Source of the DNA: Chlorokybus atmophyticus
Lineage: Eukaryota; Plantae; Mesostigma and Chlorokybus algae
DNA: 64,000 bases
Assembly (NCBI GenBank): GCA_009103225.1
Contig: RHPI01000818.1
Location: forward strand, 366,307 to 430,306
Direction: 5' to 3'
The translations under genes were made by a program, and so were the position numbers. The notes beneath the pieces were generated by a model that did not search any database, was not told the origin of the DNA, and saw only the letters and a program-made list of their open reading frames with translations. Shown here piece by piece: positions 50,511 through 61,574 of this stretch; position 1 is the stretch's first letter; the number at the start of each line of letters is the position of its first letter.

Positions 50511-53487
50511 TAGTTGTACAATGCGGATACGGCATTGAATGCGTTTGACTTACAATGCGTGAAAGTGCGTATTAGACTACCATGCGGCCCAATTCGGCTA
50601 CTATTTATGAGCTTTATCAATAGCAAATGAGGAGCTCTGATGCCCTATTGTGTTCGTGCGTGCAGCTGTTGTTTCATGCAATTGATGTGCGCACGTGTTA
50701 CACATGTCATTGAACACCATGCATACAATGAAGTGTCCGTATCACACTGCACTATCTTACTCTACTACTCTGCGCGCTTGACATCAGAAATAATGCAACT
50801 CGGTTTCAACTGCCAACATGTTGTTGCCATCCTCCTCGCTTGCAGCCCAATCATTCGCATCGTCCGTCTCACTGGCCTGCGAAGCATCACTCTCCAAGGT
50901 CTGCGCATCCCACGCAGCAAACTCCTCCTTATAACCGAGGGTGGACCACTTGTTAATTAGGCGAATATTGCTGAATACCCACACCAAGGCGCGCGCTCGC
51001 TCAGGCATCAAACGGTTGCGCTTCTTGCTACGTATGTGATCATAAGTCCTCTAGGCACGCTCACATGAAGAGGCATTGGTAAACTGTGCTAACACTTTCA
51101 TTGCCACGCGATGTAGCTGTGAGGCAGCGCTCCTTAATTGCAGCCACCATTGGTGGGCGGGCATGCTGCTTGCCGAGGCCTTTGCAACGACCATCCCATG
51201 CCCTTAACTTGGTACTGCGCCAGTTGCAGGCTCAACTCCACGCGATCCTCTTCACTTGGCAGCAACTTCTCATAGATTTTAAAAAACCCTTACATGACAT
51301 CCGCTTGCACATGATCCTCCAGCTGAAATTTTGGGTCGAGAACATACCTAGCAAACAACAAGTCGTTTGCATTATCCGCCACCGCTTTTTTCTAAAAGTA
51401 TAAGTAATGAGTTGACGAGGCAGAATGGAAGCCACCAGCGTGTCTCGTGCTGCCATCACCTTATGCATGAGCTTTCCTGCAACATGAGAGGACATGCTGG
51501 CTATGTATGCAATTAGGTGCGAGGTGCTGATCATGATGCAATGTGATATGCTATGTTGTGCAGCACTTACCCGTGAGTGGCTTGTTGCTGTCCACGAAGC
51601 GTAGCAGCTGCATCAGCGGCTCTATTGCTGACACACATAGTTCCACCTTCTTCCAAAACTAAATAGACACCACCACCTCGCGTGCCAATGCAGCTCCCTC
51701 GCGATGCCGCGACGAGCCTATGCAGCCTACTCAACATCAAGAACAGTCTTTTCCAAGCTGCTCCTCACCTCCAACACTCTTTGCAGCATGATAAATGCGG
51801 AGGCAAAGCGCGTTTCTACAGGCTTCAACAATGTGCGATTTATCTTCGTTCTGCGCTCACATTGTATAATGTTGGGCACTACCTATGACATGCAATTATT
51901 CCAACAAGCCAGCAGCAACATACACGTCACAATGCTTGCCTGTTCAAAGCCAGACCCTTGTAATGATTGGATGTGAATGTCACCAGGTGCTTGGCTTTCT
52001 TGATGACATTGGCAAAGTACGCCATCTTGCCTATGTTAGCCAGCAACAGATCGATGCAGTGCGCCGCGCATGCACCCCATGTGATGTGCTTGTATCCGGT
52101 GGTAAGGATGGAACCAGCAGCAACACAGACACTTGCACTATTGGTAACAATCTGCACTACATGCTCAACTCCCACCTGCATCATATCATGACATTTACTA
52201 ATTTAGCATGCAATTGCATGCAATAGCTTCAAGCACCATAGCACAAACAAGCACATGCTTGCATGCACTTTTCACTTACCTTAATGGCCACTTCAATCTG
52301 TACCACATACTCGGCATCTCTGCAGTTCTCCATGTTTATTGTATAAAAAATTACAGCGCCACTAGGCTCAACTTGCAATACATTAAGCAATGGACGACTA
52401 TTTACATCAATCCATCCATCGGTGGTGATAGTATAACCAATCCGAGCCACATGGGTGCGAAACTCTGCTAGCTGACCATCCACATTTGCTTTGTCGTTGT
52501 GAAGCAACTTTGTGCGCAGCTTCTGATACGTGGGTGGTGTATATGTTGGACTATATCGTGCTACAGACTTCAACGTCTTCTCGAAATGCTTGCTGAGTGA
52601 TGGATTGAAAGGCAAACCGTCTGCAAAAAACATGCGCGCCACATCGGCATCTACTTGTGCCTTTTCTCAACGATTAAACAATTCAATGATGTGCGCACGC
52701 TGAGTGTTGTTGTTGCCACTCCCTGCTCCCTTACTCAAGTTGATAACAGTGCTGCCACCCACCATAGCAAAAGACACGTTTCTTCCTTACTGCACACATT
52801 GCATCTGCTGATGCCTGTCTAATCTTCTTGAAATGAGCCCTTATCTCATCAGGTATGAGCTTGCAAGCGGCTACCCCAACACCAAGTTTTCCTGCTAGAT
52901 GTGCCCTAATGCGTGTGGTCCCCGCAACAAAGACCTTCTTGCAGTGCATGCATTTGACTTTTTGATGGTTGGGATTTGAGCAGCTTGCTGTGTTGAGCAA
53001 ACTCATATGTTTCCACTCTTCTGACTTGTTGCTCGCCATGGCCTACATCATTAGCATGACATACCTCGATACCGTGCCAAGTGCAGCATTCATCTCCGTC
53101 AACTACTATGCATGTATGTGAGGGCAGTCAACAACAACAAGCAGTCACTTACAACAACGCTACCAACATGTTGCAGATAGTTACAGTCGCACGCATGATG
53201 GCCCACCTGCCCTATAGTAAGCCCTTTACTCATATTCTTGCTGCTCCGCCGCCTCCTCCTCCTCCTCCTCCGACGCCGCCGCCGCCGCCGCCGTTGCCGC
53301 CGCCGCCGCAAAGCCAAAATCACGCCAAGGCCCTGAGAACGGCGGGAAAACAAGAAATTCTAATAAGAATATGTATAACATAAAACCCAACCCTGAATGT
53401 GCGCATTTGGGCGCATGCAGTGCGTTTAGCGTTAAGTACGGTATAATACTTGTATTAAAATCTGGGGGGCGGCGCATTGTACAGCTA
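50511..53487 (-). mobile_element. Decayed hAT DNA transposon (DUF659 type)
   Basis: TIRs TAGTTGTACAATGCG (50511-50525) and CGCATTGTACAGCTA (53473-53487), 14/15 complementary, around a transposase pseudogene. No 8-bp TSD is seen. Confidence 0.85.
50784..53039 (-). pseudogene. hAT transposase (BED finger, DUF659, dimerisation domain), disrupted
   Basis: EWKH...KVKCMHCKKVFVAGTTRIRAHL (BED), FFADGLPFN...TITTDGW (DUF659), CAAHCIDLLL and SSCERA*RTYDHIRSKKRNRL (hAT dimerisation). Contains stops and frameshifts. Confidence 0.92.
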
Positions 53488-54081
53488 GGCTAATGACAAC
53501 ACACTCACCACCGACCCTGTTAGCCACGCACGCATACAAGCACGCTTATCACCTGAACGCAGCATGTTGGCAGGTGGTTAATGTCAAACACAATCCTCAG
53601 CAATCGCAGCAGCAGCCAAACACAGTCAACGACAGCCAGTGTGTACCGTACTGCTGTAAATTATTAGTCATGACGGCCTTCTGAACCTTTGGTTTGTTTT
53701 TCGTCACTGGCCCCAGTAGCCGTCACTTTGCGTTAATCTGGTTTGTAAGTATTTGTCAACAGCACGGGGAAATGCGTGGTACTGTACGGTACATGCAATA
53801 TTTTTATTATAATGCAATGAATACAGTAATAGGCAGGGTAGTTTTCATGCAAACCCTAACTTAGAGTTTGCCGTTGTTTGTCGCGACTGCTGAACTATAT
53901 AGGTATTTGTTTTTTGTCACTCCCACTTAGGCAATTTATATAAAAGAAGAGTCTAATACTCGTCCGTGAGGCTCGTTCTGTGCCTCACATTTGCTGTGCA
54001 ATATATCGCGTATTTTTAACTGCACTACTTTGTAGCTCGTGCTGGGGTTAGAAATTCTTTGATAATATATGAATATTCGGG

Positions 54082-54161
54082 CTGCTCTGACATGTATTTC
54101 CTTCCTTTCTAACTGACATTGACGGTAGCAGTGAGAGCTACCGCAATACATGTCAGAGCAG
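54082..54161. other. Long hairpin (17-bp perfect outer stem plus 7-bp inner stem)
   Basis: CTGCTCTGACATGTATT (54082-54098) pairs with AATACATGTCAGAGCAG (54145-54161); CGGTAGC pairs with GCTACCG inside. Confidence 0.8.
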
Positions 54162-54433
54162 GGGAGGGGGGCATGGGTGTGTCAGAAGGAGAAATCTGGC
54201 GTGAAGCAGTGGTTGTGTGTATTTGTATTGTGTGCTTAGGTGTGTGGTTGCATAATTGCCGTAATTGCCTGTTATATTGACACTGAAAAAGACAACAAAA
54301 CAAGCAATTGCGCATGCTTGGGTCTTTATAAATGAATAACATTAAAGTATACAAGGGCCCGAGGGCCGAGATAATTGTAGTGAAAACGTGCAAATTATAA
54401 AGAGTCTAAACACAAGTAAAATTCCAACTTGGT

Positions 54434-54954
54434 TGTAACGGGAAGGTACATTAAATTACCACAATCCGACCATAAAAGCACCAAGTCTGTTATGGTCGAG
54501 TGGGCTGTGACATTGGTCATTGGAGCTTGAGACCCGGGTTCAATTCCTGCCTTGCACACGAATTCCGCGGTCGTTGTTTCTCGATCCAGTAACATCGTAA
54601 ATAGTCATGGGTGTCATCATCAATGGGTCGCGACTTGCCTAATGGCAGTCGCGCCGGCGTTAGTCGGCGCGGCAGGACGCGACCTGTTTGTCGATGCGAC
54701 CTGTGGGGCCGGCAGCAGCGTGCTACGCGCACGTAGATCGGTATGGGCCCAAATTGGCCGGTCCTTGGGTGGTGGGGCCGGTGACCGACCCCTGGGATGA
54801 TTCTCCAGCTCATGGGAGCCAGCGGCCGAGGACGTCAGCGTTCTTAAGTGGGGGAATGTAACGGGACGGTATATTGAAATCCCACAAATCGACCATAAAA
54901 GCACTAAGTCTTTTATGGTCGAATTGTGGTAATTTCATGTATTTTCCCGTTACA
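54434..54954 (+). mobile_element. TRIM-like miniature LTR retroelement
   Basis: LTR1 TGTAAC...GTGACA (54434-54512) and LTR2 TGTAAC...GTTACA (54857-54954) share 57 of their first 66 nt. PBS-like TGGTCATTGGAGC (54514-54526), PPT AAGTGGGGGAA (54846-54856), and flanks TTGGT/TTAGT (4/5 TSD). Confidence 0.6.
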
Positions 54955-55979
54955 TTAGTAGTACTCACCAAAGGCATCACGAGCTTATGGTTTAGGAGTA
55001 GAGCTAACATGGGTGTCCGTGGGAGAGGTGGGAGGAAACAGTGTTGGAGGAAACAGTGTTGGAGGGTTGACCTGATGTCACAAGTGCCAATTTGAAGCAA
55101 AGCCATCAAACCGCTGATTGGAGGGTGGATGCCGAGCAGCAGCAGCAGCAGCATGAGGCGAGGAATGGTATGACGTATCTGGTAGGAATGTAAAGGAGGC
55201 CTCTGGGAGGGCTGGAGACGAACAGAAGAGCGAGTAGCAGCAACACGAGTAACACGAGTAAAGCATGTGCGCGTACGCGTGCGGCTAAAGACAAAAAAAG
55301 TAGTTAATAAAAGTAAATAGCAGCAGCAATGGCAACGATGCACGTGCGCGCATGCGTACATGTGTCGACTCACATGGGAATAGAAGTTCCTCGAGCGTGT
55401 GATTGCAGTGCTGGGAGCAAAACAATGGCACAGACCCTGCAGCACACCGCCTGACGTTCAAAGACCATAAATGGTTCGTGCCGCCGGACCGGGATTATCC
55501 CCTGCTAAATGAAATTGACGGACCATATATGGTCCATTTTCCATCAACAGTCGGAGCATGTATGGTCCAGATTTCACGCCATAGGTCCCCATGTCCCTTG
55601 GTACGCACCAATCAAAGTCCGGCCGATTGCTGTTGCGTTAGGACCAAGTATGGTTTGGCCAGCGGACTAGGGACCAAGTCGTATCATCAACAGATTCAGA
55701 CATTACAAACCCGGCCTGCGGACCTTGGACCGAATTGGAATGCAATTGCAGCGAAAGTTGAGTCTTCTATAGTGGGGGGCACCGGCCACCCGGGACTTGC
55801 GGCGCACGAGGCCGCGTTGAACCCCGCGGCGTTAGTGAAATGATTAGGCAAGAACACGCATTGGGTCGGGTTCGACCTCATGACCTTTAGAGCACAAAGA
55901 CGACGCCTCAACCACTAAGCCACAAGTGCACGTATTGGTAGGGACATTTGAGTTCTTAGGTTATAAACTTTATGACAAT

Positions 55980-56420
55980 GTGCCGACAGCCGCTTGACAA
56001 CTGTCGGTCGGCGGCGGTAATTGCTGATAGACAGTCGGCGATTATCACTACAATAGGCTTATAAATGCATACCTTTGGTAGGCCCATTGACTGCGCCTAT
56101 ACATTTATAAGCAGTTATGAATTTTACCAATATCAGTATACGGACGATGAATGGCATAGGGACAGCCGCAACTCGGCGGCTGTCAACTATCAATCGTCTA
56201 TTACATTAATCTGAAACGCAATGAACAACACCAGTGTGTCCGTACCCAAGCACCGCACAACGGCTGTCAATACGCCGGTATATCCATCTAAGCTCTTTTA
56301 ACGATATAGTTAGTAACCTTGCTATGGGTTCAACCGCTAAACGACAAGTTGTCATTCAAAAATGCCCGACATTGGGGCAAATTTGCGGCTGTCAACGAAA
56401 CTAGCGGTGCGGCTGTTTGG
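55980..56420. repeat. Cluster of GCGGCTGTC/GACAGCCGC motifs including a 9-bp hairpin
   Basis: About 5 copies in both orientations; GACAGCCGC-AACTCG-GCGGCTGTC at 56161-56184. Confidence 0.65.
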
Positions 56421-56843
56421 GCGACAGATCGAACGGCCGATACCTATTGACGCCTAACCAATGAGAGGCAGGCAGGCCGCGCAGCCTGGGAGTCGCGGGT
56501 GCCGTATGTAACTGGGCCGTCGTGCGTGGTGCGCGTGTGATGTGTCTGGGTGCACTATGCCGGCCGGCCCAGTCACAACAAATCTCGCCGAATGATACGC
56601 GACGCGCGGCTTTGCAGCACAGCATATGGCGTCACTTGATCATATATCGTATGATGTGCTAGCATACGACATCATATGTCGCGATATGCTCAACAGCATA
56701 TGTTGGATATCACACATATGGTATCCTGCGTGGAATGCGCTGCAGTTCAGGTCAATCAAACATGATTTTCGGTTCCGTCATATCAACTGAGGTTATCCGT
56801 CACATTTTAACTGAACTCTGCCAATCAAACACTTACGACATGC

Positions 56844-56980
56844 CATGCGACATCGCACCATATCGTTCCATATTATAACATGTGTTGTCACAACCGAAAT
56901 ATGCCGGCATATGATGTCATATGACGTAATATGGCGCGGCGTCGCTGGACATCGTGAGTTCCCTGTGCAACATGTTAACA
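56844..56980 (+). repeat. Inverted repeat, left arm (pairs with 59380-59528)
   Basis: Reverse complement starts TGTTAACATGTTGCACAGGGAACTCACGATGTCC and aligns to TGTTAACATGACGCACAGGGAACTCACAATGTCC at 59380, continuing about 140 bp with mismatches and one insertion. Confidence 0.85.
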
Positions 56981-57184
56981 GAGATTCAGTCAAACTGTGG
57001 TTCGTGCGTAATGTGTCCTGCGTATGATGGGATATCATACGCGCCCGGGCGATATGATCGATGACTACCACGGCCCGGAAACCAAGTCGCATGCAAGCTC
57101 TTGGACAGCAGTGACGCCAAGATTGTCGAGCTTAGCGGCCGCGTTGTTCGTTTGTGCATTGCGTCGTCTTCTTTCTCAGCGTCC

Positions 57185-59349
57185 ATGGCGGGTTCTCGGC
57201 GTGTTGCCACCTTCGGAAATTACTTCGTCCGTTGCATCTATGGCTGCAACCTCACGGGCCTACAAAAAGGCTGGATCGCCAGAGTGGGAGTGCAAAATTT
57301 CAGGTCTCACCTTACTAGCAGTGTTCACAAGGACGCCTTCAATGCATTAACACGCCAACAGCAAGACGACTTGCTGAAGTACTGGTTGGATCTGGTGAGT
57401 CCTGCATGGTAGCATGCATTGTGCATGTTTGAATAGTAAACTGTTCCATAGCTTGAGAGTTTAACAATCCCAATGTCACTGTCAATTTACTTTGAGTGCA
57501 TGTTGTTGTTTGCATGATGGCACATGGGATGGACTTATGTGGGATTGTAATCATCTATGTACTTGTTGCCACTTAGGGTCGGGCTGCAGTGGCACGACAC
57601 AACTTCAATCCTACTGTGGGTGCCTTTATGCCAGTTGCTGGAACGTGGCCTTTGCAGCAACCAACCCCCCTGCCACCGTCGCTGCATGATGTTCTGCACC
57701 CTGTCGAAATCTTATACGATCCTAATCTTATTGAAGACTCCAATGCCAGTGCCTTGACGGTGCCCACAGGTATGTGAGTGCTTCGTGGTGACAGTAACGG
57801 TTTCATTGAATGCATGTATCCCAACAGGTCTTCGTGTGACTCCGTCTAAGCGCCGTAGGAACTTGTCTATGGCGCCTGATACTGATACTCCCACCACATC
57901 TTATGTCACTGACGCTGAAACAGGTGATTAATGTCATCGTTGCAGAGGTTCCCACCTGATCCGTGAACTATATGAACGCAGAGGAAGCAATGCCGCGGTT
58001 GCCAACTCACCAATTTACACCTGAGCTTATGCGTGCTACTATCGACACCTTCAGTGGCCACCTGACTCGTGAAGTACAAAACAACGCTCGTCTACAAAAC
58101 GAAAGTAAGGGAAATTGTGGCATTGTTTTGACACACACCAATGATGGCATTGTTGGCAGATTTCAAACTAGTTGACGAGAACACAGTCCTTCGCAAGCGT
58201 AACCTGAAACAAGCAGAGCAGCTACGCCGCAACCAGACACAGTCTGATCCCCAGATCGCTGCAAAGCTGTTGAAAATGATCTGTGAAATCAATGGTCTGC
58301 GTGCAGGCCATGCTGCTGCAGAACAACGCTCTGCTGACCTGGAGCGTGCATTACACGAAGAGCGTGCTGAGCACGTTAAAATGACAGAAAGTGTCAAAAA
58401 CGCAGACGCAGCAAGCATCGTGGGTTGACGCAAGCAGCTGACAGAAGTTCAGCGCAGGGCCACACAGTTGCAGCAACACAATGAGCGTAATGATGCAAGA
58501 TTGGCGCGCCTGCAATGCCAGATTGGAGAAGCCAACCAGACAATTGCTGCACAAAAAAAGAAGGTGTGTGTTGCTGCACTGTTAGATTTTCCAGCAACTG
58601 ACTTTCTGTTGTAGATCTCAGAGTTGACAAGCGTCCTGCGTCTTCAAACGGCAAACTGGCGATTTCGTGAGCGTGTTCCACCCAATGGCGTGCAGTTCGA
58701 GAGCTTCCAGCAGGAATTGGAAGTCACCAGAAAGGAGTTGGACAGCTTGGCAAAATACATGTTGAAAGAGATCGACCTTGACGGACAGGTACTGAACAAT
58801 TACAATTATGACAATTATCAACAAATGCAACACTTTGGTGTTCATTGGTTGGTGTGCCAGGTATCGCTCCTCAATCGCAGAGATGTTAAAAGGCAGCTGC
58901 AACTGCAACTATACCAAACACTCTGGGAGAAGCTTTGTACCTACCTCTGCACAGTTGCCCCGTTGCTGCGTGAAGCAGCAACAACCGAAGAAATGCAGCA
59001 ACATGTGCGCCAGGACTACAAGGGCAAGCGCGTGGTAGACAGTGAAGACAACACATGCGGGATCTGTTGCGAGCAGAAGCCAGTGGAAGTGTTGTTACCA
59101 ATGCCATGTTGCGGAGCTACACTGTGCCGTCAGTGCTTGAAGAAGCTGCGCACAGGATCTCACCCTCAAGTTGAGTGTCCTTTCTGCCGCCGCTTTCAAC
59201 TTATTTTTATGCAGCGCCCACCACGTGGTGCAGAGCTCCCCGATTTCCCTGTATATGAACTCAGCAGCAGTGACGATGATGAGGATGTTGACACACACAA
59301 TACCGGTGCTGCTGGCGCTGGGCCTTCGCAGCCACCCCCCCCTGAGTAG
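57185..59349 (+). pseudogene. Six-exon gene: C2H2-like zinc finger, NLS, coiled coil, C-terminal RING, acidic SIM-like tail; two premature TGA codons
   Basis: Exons 57185-57394, 57577-57769, 57828-57923, 57946-58104, 58160-58563 and 58615-59349 all join in phase (about 600 aa). CIYGC...SHLTSSVH; PSKRRR; RING CGIC-x10-PCCGATLCRQC-x12-CPFC; VYELSSSDDDED. TGA at 57957 and 58426. Confidence 0.8.
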
Positions 59350-59379
59350 ACCTGTATCATGGAACCCGTTTAGCTCGTG

Positions 59380-59528
59380 TGTTAACATGACGCACAGGGA
59401 ACTCACAATGTCCATTGACGTCGCGCGACATTCTGCCATATCTTGCTATATGACATCATATGTTGGCATATCAATCGCTGTGACACCATATGTTATGATA
59501 TGGAATGGTATGGGGCAGTGTCGCATGA
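59380..59528 (-). repeat. Inverted repeat, right arm
   Basis: Inverted copy of 56844-56980. Confidence 0.85.
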
Positions 59529-59649
59529 CGAGTTCTTGCATACGTAGCATACGTACATTTATGAAGCTCACCACCAATATGCACCCATTGATTATATCGA
59601 CACCAAAGCATGGTGTCACACAAACTGTCCAACACACATGGTGACCTAC

Positions 59650-60015
59650 TCAAACAACAGCTAGTTTCACTCTTCTCTTTTTCTTATTGCCAAAACCGCT
59701 ACCACTACGTCGGCGCGCCCAAAATGCTTTGAACCTCGCTGGGTTGCCTTCATCCATATTGTAACCTTTGCACCCTCGAGAGTCGTATTGGGCGATATAC
59801 ATAGCTTCTAACCAATCTATTCGCGCCTTGCAATGTCCTTTATCTAATACTTCCAACTGCACTTGCTCTTCAAAAGGTTTACTGCTATCTAAGTCAGGCA
59901 ACATTTTCTTAGGCGGGTGTCTACGATGTTCCTTATAACGTCGACCTGGGTGGTTACTTTGACCGATATATACTTTCTGTGTTGCCACATGCGTCAACTT
60001 GTAGATAAACTTCAC
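59650..60015 (-). CDS. GIY-YIG endonuclease domain, probably a terminal exon
   Basis: KFIYKL...KVYIGQS...RRYKEH...WLEAMYI...GYN retains the Y, G, R, E and N catalytic positions, with a basic KKKRR tail. It begins with GTG right after a CAG acceptor (CACAG|GTG). Confidence 0.9.
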   Translation of the reverse strand: MKFIYKLTHVATQKVYIGQSNHPGRRYKEHRRHPPKKMLPDLDSSKPFEEQVQLEVLDKGHCKARIDWLEAMYIAQYDSRGCKGYNMDEGNPARFKAFWARRRSGSGFGNKKKRRVKLAVV

Positions 60016-60431
60016 ACCTGTGTTTATGGGTTGCGCACGTTTTTTGAGTTACGTGCAGAGGCGCGAATGTTGGTGTTGGCATTGATGCTGTTTCTTGCTG
60101 CCAAGGATCGCAGGATCATCTGGACCTCATCGTTTACCTGCAAAGAACAATGGTACCATGAATGATGCAGTACACATCCGAGATTGATGTTGAATATGGA
60201 ACATATATGCGTAGCGAAGTAGAAGCAAGGAAACAGACCACGGGTACAGGATATGAACAAAGGGAGCCAATGCAACAACAGAAGTGTAACAAAAGATGGA
60301 GCGACTGCATGGGTTCTGGCTTGATGTGCCCATTGTTGTTGAACTCTGCTACGCAACCATAGCATTCTCACGCATCGCGACTAATCTTGGCAAGCACAGT
60401 AATCCCATCATCAACTTGGATAACCACACAC

Positions 60432-61362
60432 CTCATTGGCAGCAACATTTGCTACTGGAGCTTCCCTTGGGTCTGCTTTGTTGATTTGCTCAATGATTTT
60501 TTCTGCCTTTCCTTGCGACATGAAACGCGCTGTCTCCCAGTTGCAAACTTTGCGAATGTGAACCAGCTCGAACACCTGTGAAACATCTGTTAACTACAGG
60601 TATTTGGCCAATGACCCAGTGTCACATTGATACATACCTGATTAGCGTAAATTGGCTCTGCATTATCAGGAAGCTCCGGGTTGTCCTTGCGCATCAGAGT
60701 GTCCCACAGCTTGTAAGCTACTTGGCGCTTCAGGTCATCAGCAATGTCGATGCCGAGCTTCCTGAGGTAGTAGATGCATGTTCCTACACATACTTGCATC
60801 AGTTAACACATGCACCACAGTGTGTCAGTGTACATTTTCCGCTTCTCACCAGTTGCAATAGAGTCCCCATGGTTTATGCGAAACTCTTGAGCTCTCTCTT
60901 TGGCAGGGCGAATTAACTTATCGGCCTCTGGCTTGGTGAATAGCCCCTCAAGCTTGTCGGGAGTGATTCCTGCTGAGTCACATGCTACCAGTTGTTTCGC
61001 TGTCAGCGGACGACCAGGCGCATCACCTCCAGAGCTACTGGTACGTAGACTCTTAGAGCCAGGTTCGTCATTGGAAATTTGAGCGTGGAGCCTCTCGAAC
61101 AGGTCTTTTCCGTTAAAGTCCATGCTGTCAACCAGGTGCATTGTCAATGTAACGCTCGCCAACTAATGACTCACAGGTTCGAGATCAAACAGAGGCCAAC
61201 TGAGCCACGTTGTTACCTGTGTCTGGCTGAGGTGACAGTTTCCGACGATGGGCAGGTGTCTGAGGCAGGTGATGCGACAGGCATGTATGCACAGTGCCCT
61301 GCGACTTGATGTTTCAACTGGTGTACATTTACAGCAGCGCTAGATATATTGCCAATGTATAT
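60432..61362 (-). CDS. Spliced ORF with three DUF3072-like helical mini-repeats, probably upstream exons of the GIY-YIG gene
   Basis: Exons 61217-61362, 60850-61124, 60638-60783 and 60432-60575 join in phase. Repeats: PLTAKQLVACDSAG...FTKPEADKLI; IATGTCIYYLRKLG...LKRQVAYKLW; IYANQVFELVHIR...MSQGKAEKIIEQI. Start codon unresolved. Confidence 0.6.
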
Positions 61363-61574
61363 CTGCGTGGCAAGGAAAAGGGTCTGTGTCGGCAGAACAC
61401 CACGTGCTAAGCCATGCCGCCATGCGATTGGTCAGAAGAGTTGATGGGATGGAGGAGATGATTGCATACAAAGCATGGTTGGATGACGGGTGATACGGCA
61501 ATCAACTGAATGTGCCATGTCATCAAACCGTACATGCGTACAGTGTGGTCATGAGATGCAGTTCATCTTACGCG

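Noticed and set aside
54485-54556. Functional tRNA gene
   Set aside because: A and B boxes are present, but the acceptor and anticodon stems do not pair. It is treated as tRNA-like sequence only.
55403-55843. 146-aa plus-strand ORF
   Set aside because: It has a non-ATG start, no recognisable motif, and overlaps a GGACC repeat array, so it is probably non-coding.
57957-58428. Selenocysteine or read-through at the two TGAs of the RING gene
   Set aside because: Both lie in linker or coiled-coil context rather than redox motifs, I saw no SECIS, and neighbouring elements are decayed.
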